DNA of 64,000 bases from an uncultured bacterium (GTDB lineage Bacteria > Planctomycetota > Phycisphaerae > Phycisphaerales > SM1A02), in the NCBI GenBank assembly GCA_903919715.1, contig CAIXJC010000075.1:34363-98362 (forward strand). Direction: 5' to 3'. Below the pieces are notes generated by a model, which did no database searches, was not told where the DNA came from, and saw nothing but the letters and a program-made list of their open reading frames with translations. Position numbers and translations under genes: made by a program. Positions 1 through 7,802 of this stretch are shown piece after piece. Numbering within the stretch: position 1 is the first letter of the stretch; each line of letters opens with the position of its first letter.

Positions 1-309
1 TTGGACTGCCGTCGGCTTCTCAGTTCGTTGGGAAGCGATCATTTCGGAGACTGGTGCAGCGCTCGGCGTGGGCGCGGACTGCATCTTCGCAATCACTGCG
101 ATCACAATGCACGCAGCAATTGCGACGGAAGCCCATCTCATGCGAGCAGCAGATTTTGCGCGCGCCGCAGCGAGGCTCGACAATAAATTTGCTGTCGGAT
201 CACCGCTCGGCACAGCATCCAGTTCACAGTCACGCTCGAACTGCTCAAGGCCGCGGGACATTTTCAGAAGTTGTTCTATTTCTCGCTCGTTCATGTTTCG
301 TTCGTTCAT
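1..309 (-). CDS. putative anti-sigma factor / single-pass membrane protein; 3' end lies beyond the left edge
   Basis: Absent from the supplied ORF track because it has no stop in the window. Reverse-strand ATG at 309, 24 nt after the sigma-factor stop, open down to position 1. My translation is MNERNMNEREIEQLLKMSRGLEQFERDCELDAV...ARMRWASVAIAACIVIAVIAKMQSAP... It has a short cytoplasmic head plus one hydrophobic helix, the usual layout of an anti-sigma partner co-transcribed with an ECF sigma factor. Confidence 0.4.
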   Translation of the reverse strand, partial: MNERNMNEREIEQLLKMSRGLEQFERDCELDAVPSGDPTANLLSSLAAARAKSAARMRWASVAIAACIVIAVIAKMQSAPTPSAAPVSEMIASQRTEKPTAVQ

Positions 310-333
310 TTGGGCAAACTCACTGGTGCATGT

Positions 334-1002
334 TCATTGATTCTTCGCTGCCGGAGCCCCCTCCGCTCGGCGATTCGGGGGAAAATCGACTCCTTTTCCT
401 CGAAGAAAATCGGCAACGCGTGCCAAGACCGCCCTCTTTCGCTCGTGCGCCGTGCTCGGAGAGACTCCCAGTTGGGCAGCAATTTCTCGCTCCGATCGCT
501 CGTCAGCAACGGCACGCAGGATTTCTCTATCGACATCGCTCAAGGGAGCTGTCGGTTCACTCCCTGCGACCACTCGCCGAATCACCTCGATGGCACTTGC
601 CAGATCGGCAGCGTGCGAGGGGTCATCAGCCTGACTTGTTGGCAGCCATTCGTCGCCCTCGGGAAGTACGCCTATTCGGCTGTTGCGTCCTTCTTCTCGC
701 ACGCTTCGAAGCCAAATGATCGAAGCGACGGCATACAAAAAAGTGGAATGTTTGGCGCGTGCTGGGTCGTAACTGCCAGACTGAAGCGCTTTCCAGAATT
801 CGATCCATGTTCGCTGAGCGAGCTCCTCCGCACGGTCGCTGTACGATTGGTTCGATACGCCACCCCCACTCACTTTGCGCTGAAAAAAGCGCAATAATCC
901 CGGCGCAAATCTCTCGTGCAATACTTCGAGCGCACTTTCATTTGCGTGATCAGGTTGATTCTGCTTCATTGGAGACTCGTCAAGAATACGCATCGCGCGC
1001 AT
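334..1002 (-). CDS. ECF-type RNA polymerase sigma-70 family factor
   Basis: 222-aa ORF. Region-2-like segment (AEELAQRTWIEFWKAL...STFLYAVASIIW) and C-terminal region-4 helix-turn-helix (LSDVDREILRAVADERSEREIAAQLGVSPSTAHERKRAVLARV), both typical of sigma-70/ECF factors. Confidence 0.85.
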   Translation of the reverse strand: MRAMRILDESPMKQNQPDHANESALEVLHERFAPGLLRFFQRKVSGGGVSNQSYSDRAEELAQRTWIEFWKALQSGSYDPARAKHSTFLYAVASIIWLRSVREEGRNSRIGVLPEGDEWLPTSQADDPSHAADLASAIEVIRRVVAGSEPTAPLSDVDREILRAVADERSEREIAAQLGVSPSTAHERKRAVLARVADFLRGKGVDFPPNRRAEGAPAAKNQ

Positions 1003-1156
1003 GCGTTGGTGTTTGGACTATGCCGCCGACCGATCGACAGTGAATAATTGCAGCCTTCGTGAACTCACGGTCATACAGCTGCTTTAACTGCTCTACGACG
1101 CAGTCCAAGCGGATCCCAATTGGGCGACTCAATGCAATTGGCGAACAATAAAATCC

Positions 1157-1184
1157 TTGACAAGTCGTCCTTTCGAGTTATCTT
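1157..1184 (+). promoter_or_regulatory. sigma70-like promoter TTGACA-N16-TATCTT upstream of the PEP-CTERM gene
   Basis: TTGACA at 1157-1162, 16-nt spacer, TATCTT at 1179-1184. Nearly the same hexamer pair as the tRNA-Asn promoter at 2539-2566. It implies a leader of about 150 nt. Confidence 0.45.
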
Positions 1185-1342
1185 TGAGTTTCTTCAGTAG
1201 GACGGAAGGATAAAGGGAGTCATTCTTGCCGCTCACTGTTGAGCGATAAGCATGACACCGTTGGCAGTCGTTTTCTGCCGTCTGAATTGCCCCATCTTGA
1301 ATGACGGGTCGCTTTCGAGTCATCACGACTCAGGAGTTTGTA

Positions 1343-2209
1343 ATGATCGCAACATCGTCCATGAATATTTTTGCCCCCGTACGCACTGAGTCGTTGCGTC
1401 ACTCCATCGCCCGCTTTGTTCCATTGGCGACCGTCTCATTGGCTCTGCTGAGCGCCACCAACACCTTCGCTGCGACCACCATGCCCCAGCGACTGACCAC
1501 AACGACCCTGACTGGCACGAATGGACAGTTCAACAGCGCCCATTACGTTTATGAAAATTCCTTAAGTGTCCAAGCATCGGCAGTGGGTGATGTCCAAAGT
1601 GACTTCTTCTCATTTCGCAACAACTTTGACACTTACTCGGCAGCTGTCACATCTGGTACTGCCACACTCAATTTCGCCACGCCAAGTTATGTCGCTGCAG
1701 ATGATCTCTATGAATCACCATTCACTCTTACATTTGGAGATTCGAATTTAGATGCGACGTGGAGATTTGCCTACGACGGTGGCGTGGCACAAGGTGAGAC
1801 TGGCGGCAATGAGTCATTCATTTCACAAACCCAAGTCATGCGCGATGGACAATTACACTGGGCGTTGATGTTCAATGGTGGTGGAGCTGGTGGCGTTTCA
1901 GAAGGCGGAATCTTCAGCAGTACCGTTGTGCTGGCGGGTTTGTGGGGCGCAACGGGAACAGGTGCGGGCAGCGTGGAGTACTCATATAACAGCGCTTATT
2001 ACAGCGTTCTGAAAGACTTCACCTTTGACGGAACCAACACCACCTTCCAGATTGGCACCAGCGCATACGTGTCGACTTCTGGCGTTCCAAACGAAGGGCA
2101 AGACCCAACTATTCATATGACATTGATTGGCGATGTGGTGCCCGCTCCTGGCGCAGTCGCTTTGATCGGACTGAGTGGCCTTCTCGTTGGTCGCCGTCGA
2201 CGGATCTAA
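1343..2209 (+). CDS. secreted PEP-CTERM sorting-domain protein
   Basis: The ORF track gives 1301-2209. I prefer ATG 1343, preceded by caggag. N-terminal signal peptide (FVPLATVSLALLSATNTFAATT). C-terminus VPAPGAVALIGLSGLLVGRRRRI has the PEP-CTERM layout: Pro-rich motif, TM helix, Arg cluster. Confidence 0.7.
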   Translation: MIATSSMNIFAPVRTESLRHSIARFVPLATVSLALLSATNTFAATTMPQRLTTTTLTGTNGQFNSAHYVYENSLSVQASAVGDVQSDFFSFRNNFDTYSAAVTSGTATLNFATPSYVAADDLYESPFTLTFGDSNLDATWRFAYDGGVAQGETGGNESFISQTQVMRDGQLHWALMFNGGGAGGVSEGGIFSSTVVLAGLWGATGTGAGSVEYSYNSAYYSVLKDFTFDGTNTTFQIGTSAYVSTSGVPNEGQDPTIHMTLIGDVVPAPGAVALIGLSGLLVGRRRRI

Positions 2210-2260
2210 ACCGATTTGCGTGCATTGCCGTGTGAATGCACATGACGCTCAAACTCCCAA

Positions 2261-2295
2261 GCCCTCGAGTCTTAAAACTCGGGGGCTTTTTGTTT
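2261..2295 (+). terminator. intrinsic terminator after the PEP-CTERM gene
   Basis: 10-bp stem gccctcgagt/actcgggggc with a 6-nt loop, followed by tttttgttt. Confidence 0.6.
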
Positions 2296-2298
2296 GTG

Positions 2299-2360
2299 GA
2301 TTACTTGGACGCATGCCCGATTACTTGGACGCATGCCCGATTACTTGGACGCATGCCCGA
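2299..2360. repeat. perfect tandem repeat, 20-bp unit gattacttggacgcatgccc x3 plus a partial unit
   Basis: Units at 2299-2318, 2319-2338 and 2339-2358 are identical. The next unit is truncated (gac...). The array lies in a convergent intergenic gap. Confidence 0.9.
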
Positions 2361-2386
2361 CTGCGATCACGCGGGTGTGCGAGATA

Positions 2387-2420
2387 AAAGCCCAATTGAA
2401 AAGCCCAATTGAAAAGCCCA
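2387..2420. repeat. tandem repeat, 13-bp unit aaagcccaattga x2 plus 8 bp
   Basis: Units at 2387-2399 and 2400-2412, partial unit at 2413-2420. On the minus strand each unit reads (c)tgggcttttcaat, which copies the 3' arm plus U-tract of the tRNA-Asn terminator. Confidence 0.85.
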
Positions 2421-2443
2421 GCCGGCGTTTGGGCCGTCTGGGC
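2411..2443 (-). terminator. intrinsic terminator downstream of tRNA-Asn
   Basis: On the minus strand: GCCCAG-(16 nt)-CTGGGC followed by TTTTC. Confidence 0.5.
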
Positions 2444-2453
2444 TTTGAGTAAG

Positions 2454-2526
2454 CTCCCCCGACTGGACTCGAACCAGTGACCTGGCGGTTAACAGCCGCC
2501 CGCTCTACCAATTGAGCTACGAGGGA
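2454..2526 (-). tRNA. tRNA-Asn (anticodon GTT)
   Basis: Reverse complement is TCCCTCG TA GCTC AATTGGTA GAGC G GGCGG CTGTTAA CCGCC AGGTC ACTGG TTCGAGT CCAGT CGGGGGA G. Full 73-nt cloverleaf with a 7-bp acceptor stem (one G-U pair) and a TTCGAGT T-loop. CCA is not encoded. Confidence 0.9.
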
Positions 2527-2538
2527 TCGTGAGCCTCA

Positions 2539-2566
2539 AAGATAGCATTGCCGTGGAATCCGTCAA
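2539..2566 (-). promoter_or_regulatory. sigma70-like promoter TTGACG-N16-TATCTT for tRNA-Asn
   Basis: Minus-strand TTGACG (2566-2561), 16-nt spacer, TATCTT (2544-2539). The -10 element ends 12 nt upstream of the mature tRNA 5' end. Confidence 0.5.
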
Positions 2567-2625
2567 CTTTCAGCGGACTTTAGTCCACCTTTTTCTCACA
2601 TAACGGCGCCTCAACACCACGCCAC

Positions 2626-2653
2626 TTGCGCTTCAATGATTTGTGCGTAGACT
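2626..2653 (+). promoter_or_regulatory. possible promoter TTGCGC-N16-TAGACT for rpmE
   Basis: Hexamers at 2626-2631 and 2648-2653, about 27 nt upstream of the rpmE ATG. Confidence 0.35.
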
Positions 2654-2679
2654 GTTCGGCTCGATCTGGAGACAACATT

Positions 2680-2937
2680 ATGAAGCCTGATATCCATCCA
2701 AAGTACTACCCCGAGTGCAAAGTCAACTTCCGCGGCGCAGTCGTCATGACTGTGGGAGCAACCGTTCCCGAGCTGAACGTCGAAGTCTGGTCGGGCTCTC
2801 ACCCGTTCTACACGGGTCAGAAAACCTTCGTCGACACTGCCGGTCGCGTCGAACGCTTCCAGCGCAAATTTGCGGGCGGATATTTCGCCAAAGGCAAAGA
2901 CGGCGCTGAAGCGAAAACGCCTGAAGCAAAGAAGTAG
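2680..2937 (+). CDS. rpmE: 50S ribosomal protein L31 (form lacking the CxxC zinc motif)
   Basis: MKPDIHPKYYPECKV...GSHPFYTGQKTFVDTAGRVERFQRKF matches L31. ATG 2680 is preceded by ggaga. The track ORF 2626-2937 carries an N-terminal extension I do not accept. Confidence 0.9.
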   Translation: MKPDIHPKYYPECKVNFRGAVVMTVGATVPELNVEVWSGSHPFYTGQKTFVDTAGRVERFQRKFAGGYFAKGKDGAEAKTPEAKK

Positions 2938-2959
2938 CAACTTCCATTCTGAATTTTTC

Positions 2960-2995
2960 GACACCGTGCTTTTTCAGGCACGGTGTCTTCTTTTT
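2960..2995 (+). terminator. intrinsic terminator after rpmE
   Basis: Perfect 10-bp stem gacaccgtgc/gcacggtgtc with an 8-nt loop, then ttcttttt. Confidence 0.7.
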
Positions 2996-3008
2996 ATACC
3001 CACTCGAA

Positions 3009-4088
3009 ATGTCCAACCCTCCTGACAATCTCATTCGCAAACTCGTCGAAATCGATAACGAGTTCGAATCGCTGACTGCTGCGATGCTCGATCCCATCGT
3101 GATGGCTGATCATCGACGTTTGCGCGGGATCGTGATTCGCAGATCAGCGCTGAATGAAATGGTGATGCGCTGGCGACGATGGAATGCAGCGGGAACAGAA
3201 CTTGCATCAGCAATTGAACTCACACTCGATTCAGACGCGTCGATGGCGGCGATGGCTCGCGCAGAACGCGCGCAACTGGAAACCGAGCGACAAGAAATCA
3301 TCGAATCACTCATTCGCGATTTAGTAACCGCCGATGACCGCGCCGTTGGTGAGATCATCTTGGAAGTCCGATCTGGTGTTGGCGGAGACGAAGCGAGTTT
3401 ATGGGCCGGTGATCTCGTTGCGATGTACCAGCGATACTGCCAGAATCGCGGCTGGAAATGGGAAGAACTCGAATTGAAACCAGGAGATGTCGGCGGCATC
3501 AGCCACGGTGTGTTTGAAATTTCTGGCGTTGGAGTCTGGAGTTCACTCGGGTATGAGGGTGGCACCCATCAGGTGAAGCGCGTACCGACGACAGAAGCGC
3601 AAGGTCGAGTGCACACTTCGACTGCGACCGTAGCGGTTCTTGCGGAACCAGAGGAAGTCGCCAACGCCGTTGATCCAGAAGAGGTCAAGGAAATCATGAC
3701 GACCGCGCAAGGACCTGGCGGGCAGAATGTCAATAAAGTTGCCACGGCAGTGCACTTGATCCATCTCCCCACTGGCATCGAAGTGCGAATGCAGGAGACA
3801 CGCAGTCAACTTCAGAACCGAGAAAAAGCGTGGCGACTGCTGCGTGCGCGAGTCTACGAACGGCGTCAAGCCGAAGCCGCCGAACGCCGCGCCGACCAGC
3901 GAAGCGCAATGATTGGATCTGGAAGTCGTGCGGAAAAAATTCGCACATACCGAGCGAAAGAAAATGTCGCAGTTGATCACCGCATCGACGAGAGTTTTAA
4001 TCTGACAGAAATACTTGCGGGCCGAATGCAACCTCTTCTTGATGCATTGGCTTTGAAGGACATTGCCGATCGGATTCAGCAACTCTGA
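3009..4088 (+). CDS. prfA: peptide chain release factor 1
   Basis: GGQ motif (QGPGGQNVNKV) and RF1-type PxT tripeptide region (RVPTTEAQGRVHTSTATVAVL). 359 aa. Confidence 0.95.
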   Translation: MSNPPDNLIRKLVEIDNEFESLTAAMLDPIVMADHRRLRGIVIRRSALNEMVMRWRRWNAAGTELASAIELTLDSDASMAAMARAERAQLETERQEIIESLIRDLVTADDRAVGEIILEVRSGVGGDEASLWAGDLVAMYQRYCQNRGWKWEELELKPGDVGGISHGVFEISGVGVWSSLGYEGGTHQVKRVPTTEAQGRVHTSTATVAVLAEPEEVANAVDPEEVKEIMTTAQGPGGQNVNKVATAVHLIHLPTGIEVRMQETRSQLQNREKAWRLLRARVYERRQAEAAERRADQRSAMIGSGSRAEKIRTYRAKENVAVDHRIDESFNLTEILAGRMQPLLDALALKDIADRIQQL

Positions 4089-4129
4089 CTGCGAATCCGA
4101 GTGCGAGCGGAATCTTCAAGCGCTGCGAA

Positions 4130-4606
4130 TCAACTTCGAAGCGAATCAGCCGCGGATTCGATCCACTCCGCAAGAAATTTCTCAACGAAGACATCGACCG
4201 CATTTGCCGTGGATTTCCCATCGATTCCACGCAGGCAGACCCGATGATCACCGCCAGTGCGGTCCAACAGAATCTCGAATCCACCGTCGACCACCATTGC
4301 CTGCGGCAGGCGCAGCGCAAAGTGGGCAACGGCCGCATTGGTCGTTGCCGTCCCTACTGCGATCGCAGGACCCGCGACAAGCGAGGCATCGTTCATAAAC
4401 CAAAGATCAGTAAGAATCTGCGACCGCAGCGCTCGTGCTCCATGATCGTTCGAAGTGCATCGTTCTTTGATTGCTCGATCAACTTCAACTTGCAATCGAT
4501 ACACCGTCGGTCGATCATCCTGTTCCGCAGACGGATGGGAACCGACGACCAGGTGAATGGTTGGTGTGGATTCGGCTTTGTTGAGATGTGTTTTTGCCGT
4601 CGTCAT
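4130..4606 (-). CDS. hypothetical protein
   Basis: Protein-like ORF starting MTTAKTHLNK..., 4 nt after the stop of the DUF1573 gene, so probably co-transcribed. I recognise no family. Confidence 0.5.
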   Translation of the reverse strand: MTTAKTHLNKAESTPTIHLVVGSHPSAEQDDRPTVYRLQVEVDRAIKERCTSNDHGARALRSQILTDLWFMNDASLVAGPAIAVGTATTNAAVAHFALRLPQAMVVDGGFEILLDRTGGDHRVCLRGIDGKSTANAVDVFVEKFLAEWIESAADSLRS

Positions 4607-4610
4607 ATTT

Positions 4611-5777
4611 TTATGGCCGCACACTTGCGATCACTTGGAACTCCGCAGTCTGCGTCGCCGTCTTGAAAATGACGGGGAGCAGAAGAATTCCAGAGAATCC
4701 TTCGCGTGGCGTCACATTCAGAATCGCATTGAGCCCACCGCCCTTTGCTGGTTCCATTCGCACGAGCGACACAGTTGCATCCTTGCTCGGCGTACTGACA
4801 GATTCCACGACGGTAGCTCGATCAATCAGCGTAAACACAGCCTCTTTGGAAGTCTTTGCGGGAATCAATCCCACATTGCAGCGAACATCAAAAACAGGAA
4901 TCAACGGTTTCTTCGGAGCCTTTTCTTGACGAACACGTACATCGACGACTCCAGCTCCAGGCGCATCGGTCTCGAAGAAAATGTACGACGGCAGATCGGA
5001 TGCGAGCGACGTGAGGTCATAGCCCACCACATACGAACTGCGCGGAACATCGGTCGCACCATCAAGTCCCTGAATTGAAATCGGCCCGCCACACGAAGAC
5101 AAGATTCGAAACGGTTTCTTGTCGATTGACTCGACGATGATCCGCCCAGTCAAATTCATTTGTTCAACCGTATTGATGTACGGCGGCACGATCCGCACCG
5201 CAAGCGAGACCTCGCCCTTCACAGCGACTTCAAGCGCGCGACCGTATCCATCCACCATCACCTTGACCGATGATCGACGAATTCCCATCGCCGGAGCCCC
5301 TTCAAGCTTGACCTGAAGCTCGACGGTTCCGCCAGGCGGAATCTGCTTTCCAACAAGGTCGGTCGTGGTCGTGCACTTGCACGAAGGCTGAACCAAGTTG
5401 ATCGTGAGTGATTTGTCGCCAGTGTTGCGAAGGACAACCGTTCCCTCGCCTGGAGTGTTTGGAGCAAGAAAACCGAAATCGAGGCTCGCAGGCTCCGCCA
5501 CCATCGGAGGGGCATCTGCAACCGACCCTCGGCGTTCGGGGGGCACCGACCGTTCGGGGGTGGATTTGGCTTGCCGGGGACTCTCCACCGTTGGAGGCGG
5601 AACAGTTGCCGGCGCTGGCGTCGATGGTGGTTGAGCTGGAGATTGCGCATCCGCACAAGTCGCACAAACTGACGCAAATACAGGCGATAAAATGAGAAAG
5701 ATTGGTGCAAGATGCGACACCAATCGATTCCGATAACTTGTTTTTTTGCTCATAATCGGTGCGCCGATAGTGGACAC
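4611..5777 (-). CDS. DUF1573 domain-containing secreted protein
   Basis: Signal-anchor (LAPIFLILSPVFASVCA), Pro-rich linker, then the DUF1573 signature LDFGFLAPNTPGEGTVVLRNTGDKSLTINLVQPSCKCTT. The start could instead be the internal MSKK (5753). Confidence 0.8.
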   Translation of the reverse strand: MSTIGAPIMSKKTSYRNRLVSHLAPIFLILSPVFASVCATCADAQSPAQPPSTPAPATVPPPTVESPRQAKSTPERSVPPERRGSVADAPPMVAEPASLDFGFLAPNTPGEGTVVLRNTGDKSLTINLVQPSCKCTTTTDLVGKQIPPGGTVELQVKLEGAPAMGIRRSSVKVMVDGYGRALEVAVKGEVSLAVRIVPPYINTVEQMNLTGRIIVESIDKKPFRILSSCGGPISIQGLDGATDVPRSSYVVGYDLTSLASDLPSYIFFETDAPGAGVVDVRVRQEKAPKKPLIPVFDVRCNVGLIPAKTSKEAVFTLIDRATVVESVSTPSKDATVSLVRMEPAKGGGLNAILNVTPREGFSGILLLPVIFKTATQTAEFQVIASVRP

Positions 5778-5825
5778 CGACTCTCTATTCGGCGCAAGTC
5801 CTCTTCAAAGTACTACAAAAATATT

Positions 5826-5874
5826 TTGATTTTTTCGCAACCTGATTTTACAAGCGCTGATTTGGGGATATGTT
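5826..5874 (+). promoter_or_regulatory. two overlapping sigma70-like promoter candidates (TTGATT-N17-TACAAG; TTTACA-N16-TATGTT)
   Basis: Hexamers at 5826-5831/5849-5854 and 5847-5852/5869-5874, in an AT-rich patch. They point toward the orphan terminator at 5975-6005. Confidence 0.35.
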
Positions 5875-5879
5875 GAAAG

Positions 5880-6005
5880 TGCGGATGAGAGTCCGCATCG
5901 GTCTGACTGAGAAGATGTGTAAACCACCTCGGATTCGGCCAGACTGATCAACAACGCCCTTTTCCCTCCCTCCGCCCCCGAGCCTTGTGCTCGGGGGTTT
6001 TTTTT
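5880..6005 (+). ncRNA. candidate small RNA or efp leader (promoter to orphan terminator)
   Basis: No credible ORF. 5' hairpin tgcgga-tgagag-tccgca (5880-5897), a longer ggtctg...cagact pairing, a single-stranded C/U-rich stretch cccttttccctccctccgccc, then a strong terminator. The 5' end is a guess. Confidence 0.3.
5975..6005 (+). terminator. strong intrinsic terminator with no upstream + strand gene
   Basis: 9-bp GC stem cccccgagc/gctcggggg with a 5-nt loop, then T8 (5998-6005). The nearest upstream gene is on the opposite strand. efp starts 105 nt downstream. Confidence 0.7.
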
Positions 6006-6110
6006 CGCCCTCTCCCAAATGCGTGGGCCAGACGCATTGGCACAAGTGATTGCTCACCAAGTGATTTACGGGCGCTTGGCTATGATCGGCTCTTTCCCCA
6101 AAGGACCCCT

Positions 6111-6665
6111 ATGAATTCCAACGACATTCGACCTGGCATCGCAATCAAACTTGACGGACGCATGTACAAAGTCACTGAGTACGCACACGTCACTCCTGGC
6201 AATCTGCGCGCCTTCGTCCAGATCAAGATTCAGGACATCGAAAAGGGAACGCTTCTGGAAAAGCGACTGCGGTCTGGGGAAAATGTCGAACAAGTCGAAC
6301 TCGACCGCAGACCGATGGAATATCTGTACGCCAACGGTAAGAACTTTGTGTTTATGGATTCAGCCAATTACGAGCAGAGTGAGTTTGACGAGAAGGTTGT
6401 CGGCAATATGGCTCTCTATGCAAAGCCAAACACCGAACTCGTTGTCCTGTGGTGCGACGGCCGACCAATCTCGATCGAGTTGCCGAACGTCGTCGAATTG
6501 CAAGTGACTGATACTGCTCCAGGAATCAAGGGCGCAACTGCGACCAACCAGTTGAAAGAAGCAACGTGCGAAACGGGATTGAAGACCCGCGTTCCACCGT
6601 TCATCACGATTGGCGAGATGATTCGAATCAACACGACTGACGGTTCATACGCCAGCCGCGCCTGA
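6111..6665 (+). CDS. efp: translation elongation factor P
   Basis: MNSNDIRPGIAIKLDGRMYKVTEYAHVTPGNLRAFVQIKI...VTDTAPGIKGATATNQLKEATCETGLKTRVPPFITIGEMIRINTTDGSYASRA aligns along the whole length of EF-P. The track ORF 5985-6665 has a spurious extension. Confidence 0.95.
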   Translation: MNSNDIRPGIAIKLDGRMYKVTEYAHVTPGNLRAFVQIKIQDIEKGTLLEKRLRSGENVEQVELDRRPMEYLYANGKNFVFMDSANYEQSEFDEKVVGNMALYAKPNTELVVLWCDGRPISIELPNVVELQVTDTAPGIKGATATNQLKEATCETGLKTRVPPFITIGEMIRINTTDGSYASRA

Positions 6666-7739
6666 CGAACCGCTTGCGCTTGGATCAACCCACTTCCCTT
6701 TCCACAGTCTTGAGATCAACCTCGACTCTCGCTGCGCAACGATCCGTTGCATGAGATCCAGGCGAGGGTTCGGCGTTGTCCAGCGCTGCCAAAGATTGAT
6801 GAATGCCTGACCATCCGCACGGCCAATTGGAATAATAATCGAACCTTGTGGACCAAGCAGCACCGCTTGATAGAGAGGCTTCTTGCGTGGCGCCAGTTCG
6901 CGCACGATCAGCACCGAGTCTTCAACGGTCCAGCGACGACCGTTGCGATCATCAACAAATCCTGGTCCCGCACGCACAATGCCACGCGTGGTTTTTAGAA
7001 TTGAAAATCGTTCACCTAGTGCTGAAGTGAACCAAGCGATCGCAAAGAGCGCGAAGACCCCCCATGCGACAAGCGACAAAACTTCGTAGATTCTCCAAGG
7101 GGCACCTGAGATGAGGTGATTAAAGATATTTCCGCCAACCCAGAAGAGTGGGAAGAACATGGCAAACGCCTGGCTCTTACTGAAACTGTGCCCGATCTCT
7201 TCGAGTTCGAGCAGGCCCGGTGGCGCGCGGTGTTTGTCGAGAGTTGGCGCAATCGATGGCACCACGAGAGCAATGCGAGAAGGCTGCGCGGCGCGAATTG
7301 CTGTCGCTGCAACGGCGGCTTTGGCCTCCTGAGAGTTCTTGCGCCAGAAACGCCATCTCGTTGCTTTGGAACCGAGGCCATCCTTGAGGAGCGAAGCCCA
7401 TGGTGCGTTGCCCTCACTCTCGACGAAGGCATTCCACTGTCTCGCGCTGTGTGCGTAGTTGCGGCGAAAGGCCCACACGAAAGCACCAAGCATGAGGATC
7501 AAGGGGACAAACGCTGCAAACTTAAAGAGCGAAAGAATTGAACTCGGAGTGAGTCCTGTGTTCTGCGCCTTGATTGAGTTGGAAATCATTAAAATGATGA
7601 AAGGAGTAATAAAGATCGGCATGGCAAGTATTGCAAGGAACATTGGCCAGATCGCGCGAATGCCGCTGCGCGAAGCGACTGGGGGAATCGGCAACACCGT
7701 AATGTTGCTCGCAAGCGCTTCTTTATTTGTTTCGTACAA
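6645..7739 (-). CDS. hypothetical polytopic membrane protein, paralog A (2 TM + linker + 2 TM + conserved C-terminal soluble module)
   Basis: 364 aa. Hydrophobic helices near residues 30-55, 70-92, 195-215 and 225-250. The C-terminal module ERFSILKTTRGIVRAGPGFVDD...WTVEDSVLIVRE...FINLWQRWTTPNPRLDL is shared with the neighbouring gene. Confidence 0.7.
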   Translation of the reverse strand: MYETNKEALASNITVLPIPPVASRSGIRAIWPMFLAILAMPIFITPFIILMISNSIKAQNTGLTPSSILSLFKFAAFVPLILMLGAFVWAFRRNYAHSARQWNAFVESEGNAPWASLLKDGLGSKATRWRFWRKNSQEAKAAVAATAIRAAQPSRIALVVPSIAPTLDKHRAPPGLLELEEIGHSFSKSQAFAMFFPLFWVGGNIFNHLISGAPWRIYEVLSLVAWGVFALFAIAWFTSALGERFSILKTTRGIVRAGPGFVDDRNGRRWTVEDSVLIVRELAPRKKPLYQAVLLGPQGSIIIPIGRADGQAFINLWQRWTTPNPRLDLMQRIVAQRESRLISRLWKGKWVDPSASGSSGAAGV

Positions 7740-7802
7740 CGCAATCAGAGGCTACATCATGCGACGCCATCTCTGCGACAAGCCGAGTAGAGCGCGGTCG
7801 AC

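Noticed and set aside
2299-2420. Possible CRISPR array (also considered for 29671-29709 and the gagcgagat repeats at 23741-23766)
   Set aside because: The repeats are directly tandem with no spacers, the units are only 13-20 bp, and no cas genes are present. The 23741-23766 repeat is simply coding for LISLISL in a signal peptide.
2210-2680. tRNA-Asn as an integration hotspot or genomic-island border
   Set aside because: There is no integrase, no duplicated tRNA 3' fragment and no compositional break. The flanking genes are housekeeping (rpmE, prfA).
3009-4088. Programmed frameshift in a release-factor gene
   Set aside because: The gene is prfA (RF1, PxT motif), which is not frameshift-regulated. 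The ORF is uninterrupted.
5880-5900. Hammerhead-like motif (ggaugagag) in the candidate sRNA
   Set aside because: It lacks the CUGANGA and GAAA core elements and is simply a 6-bp hairpin.
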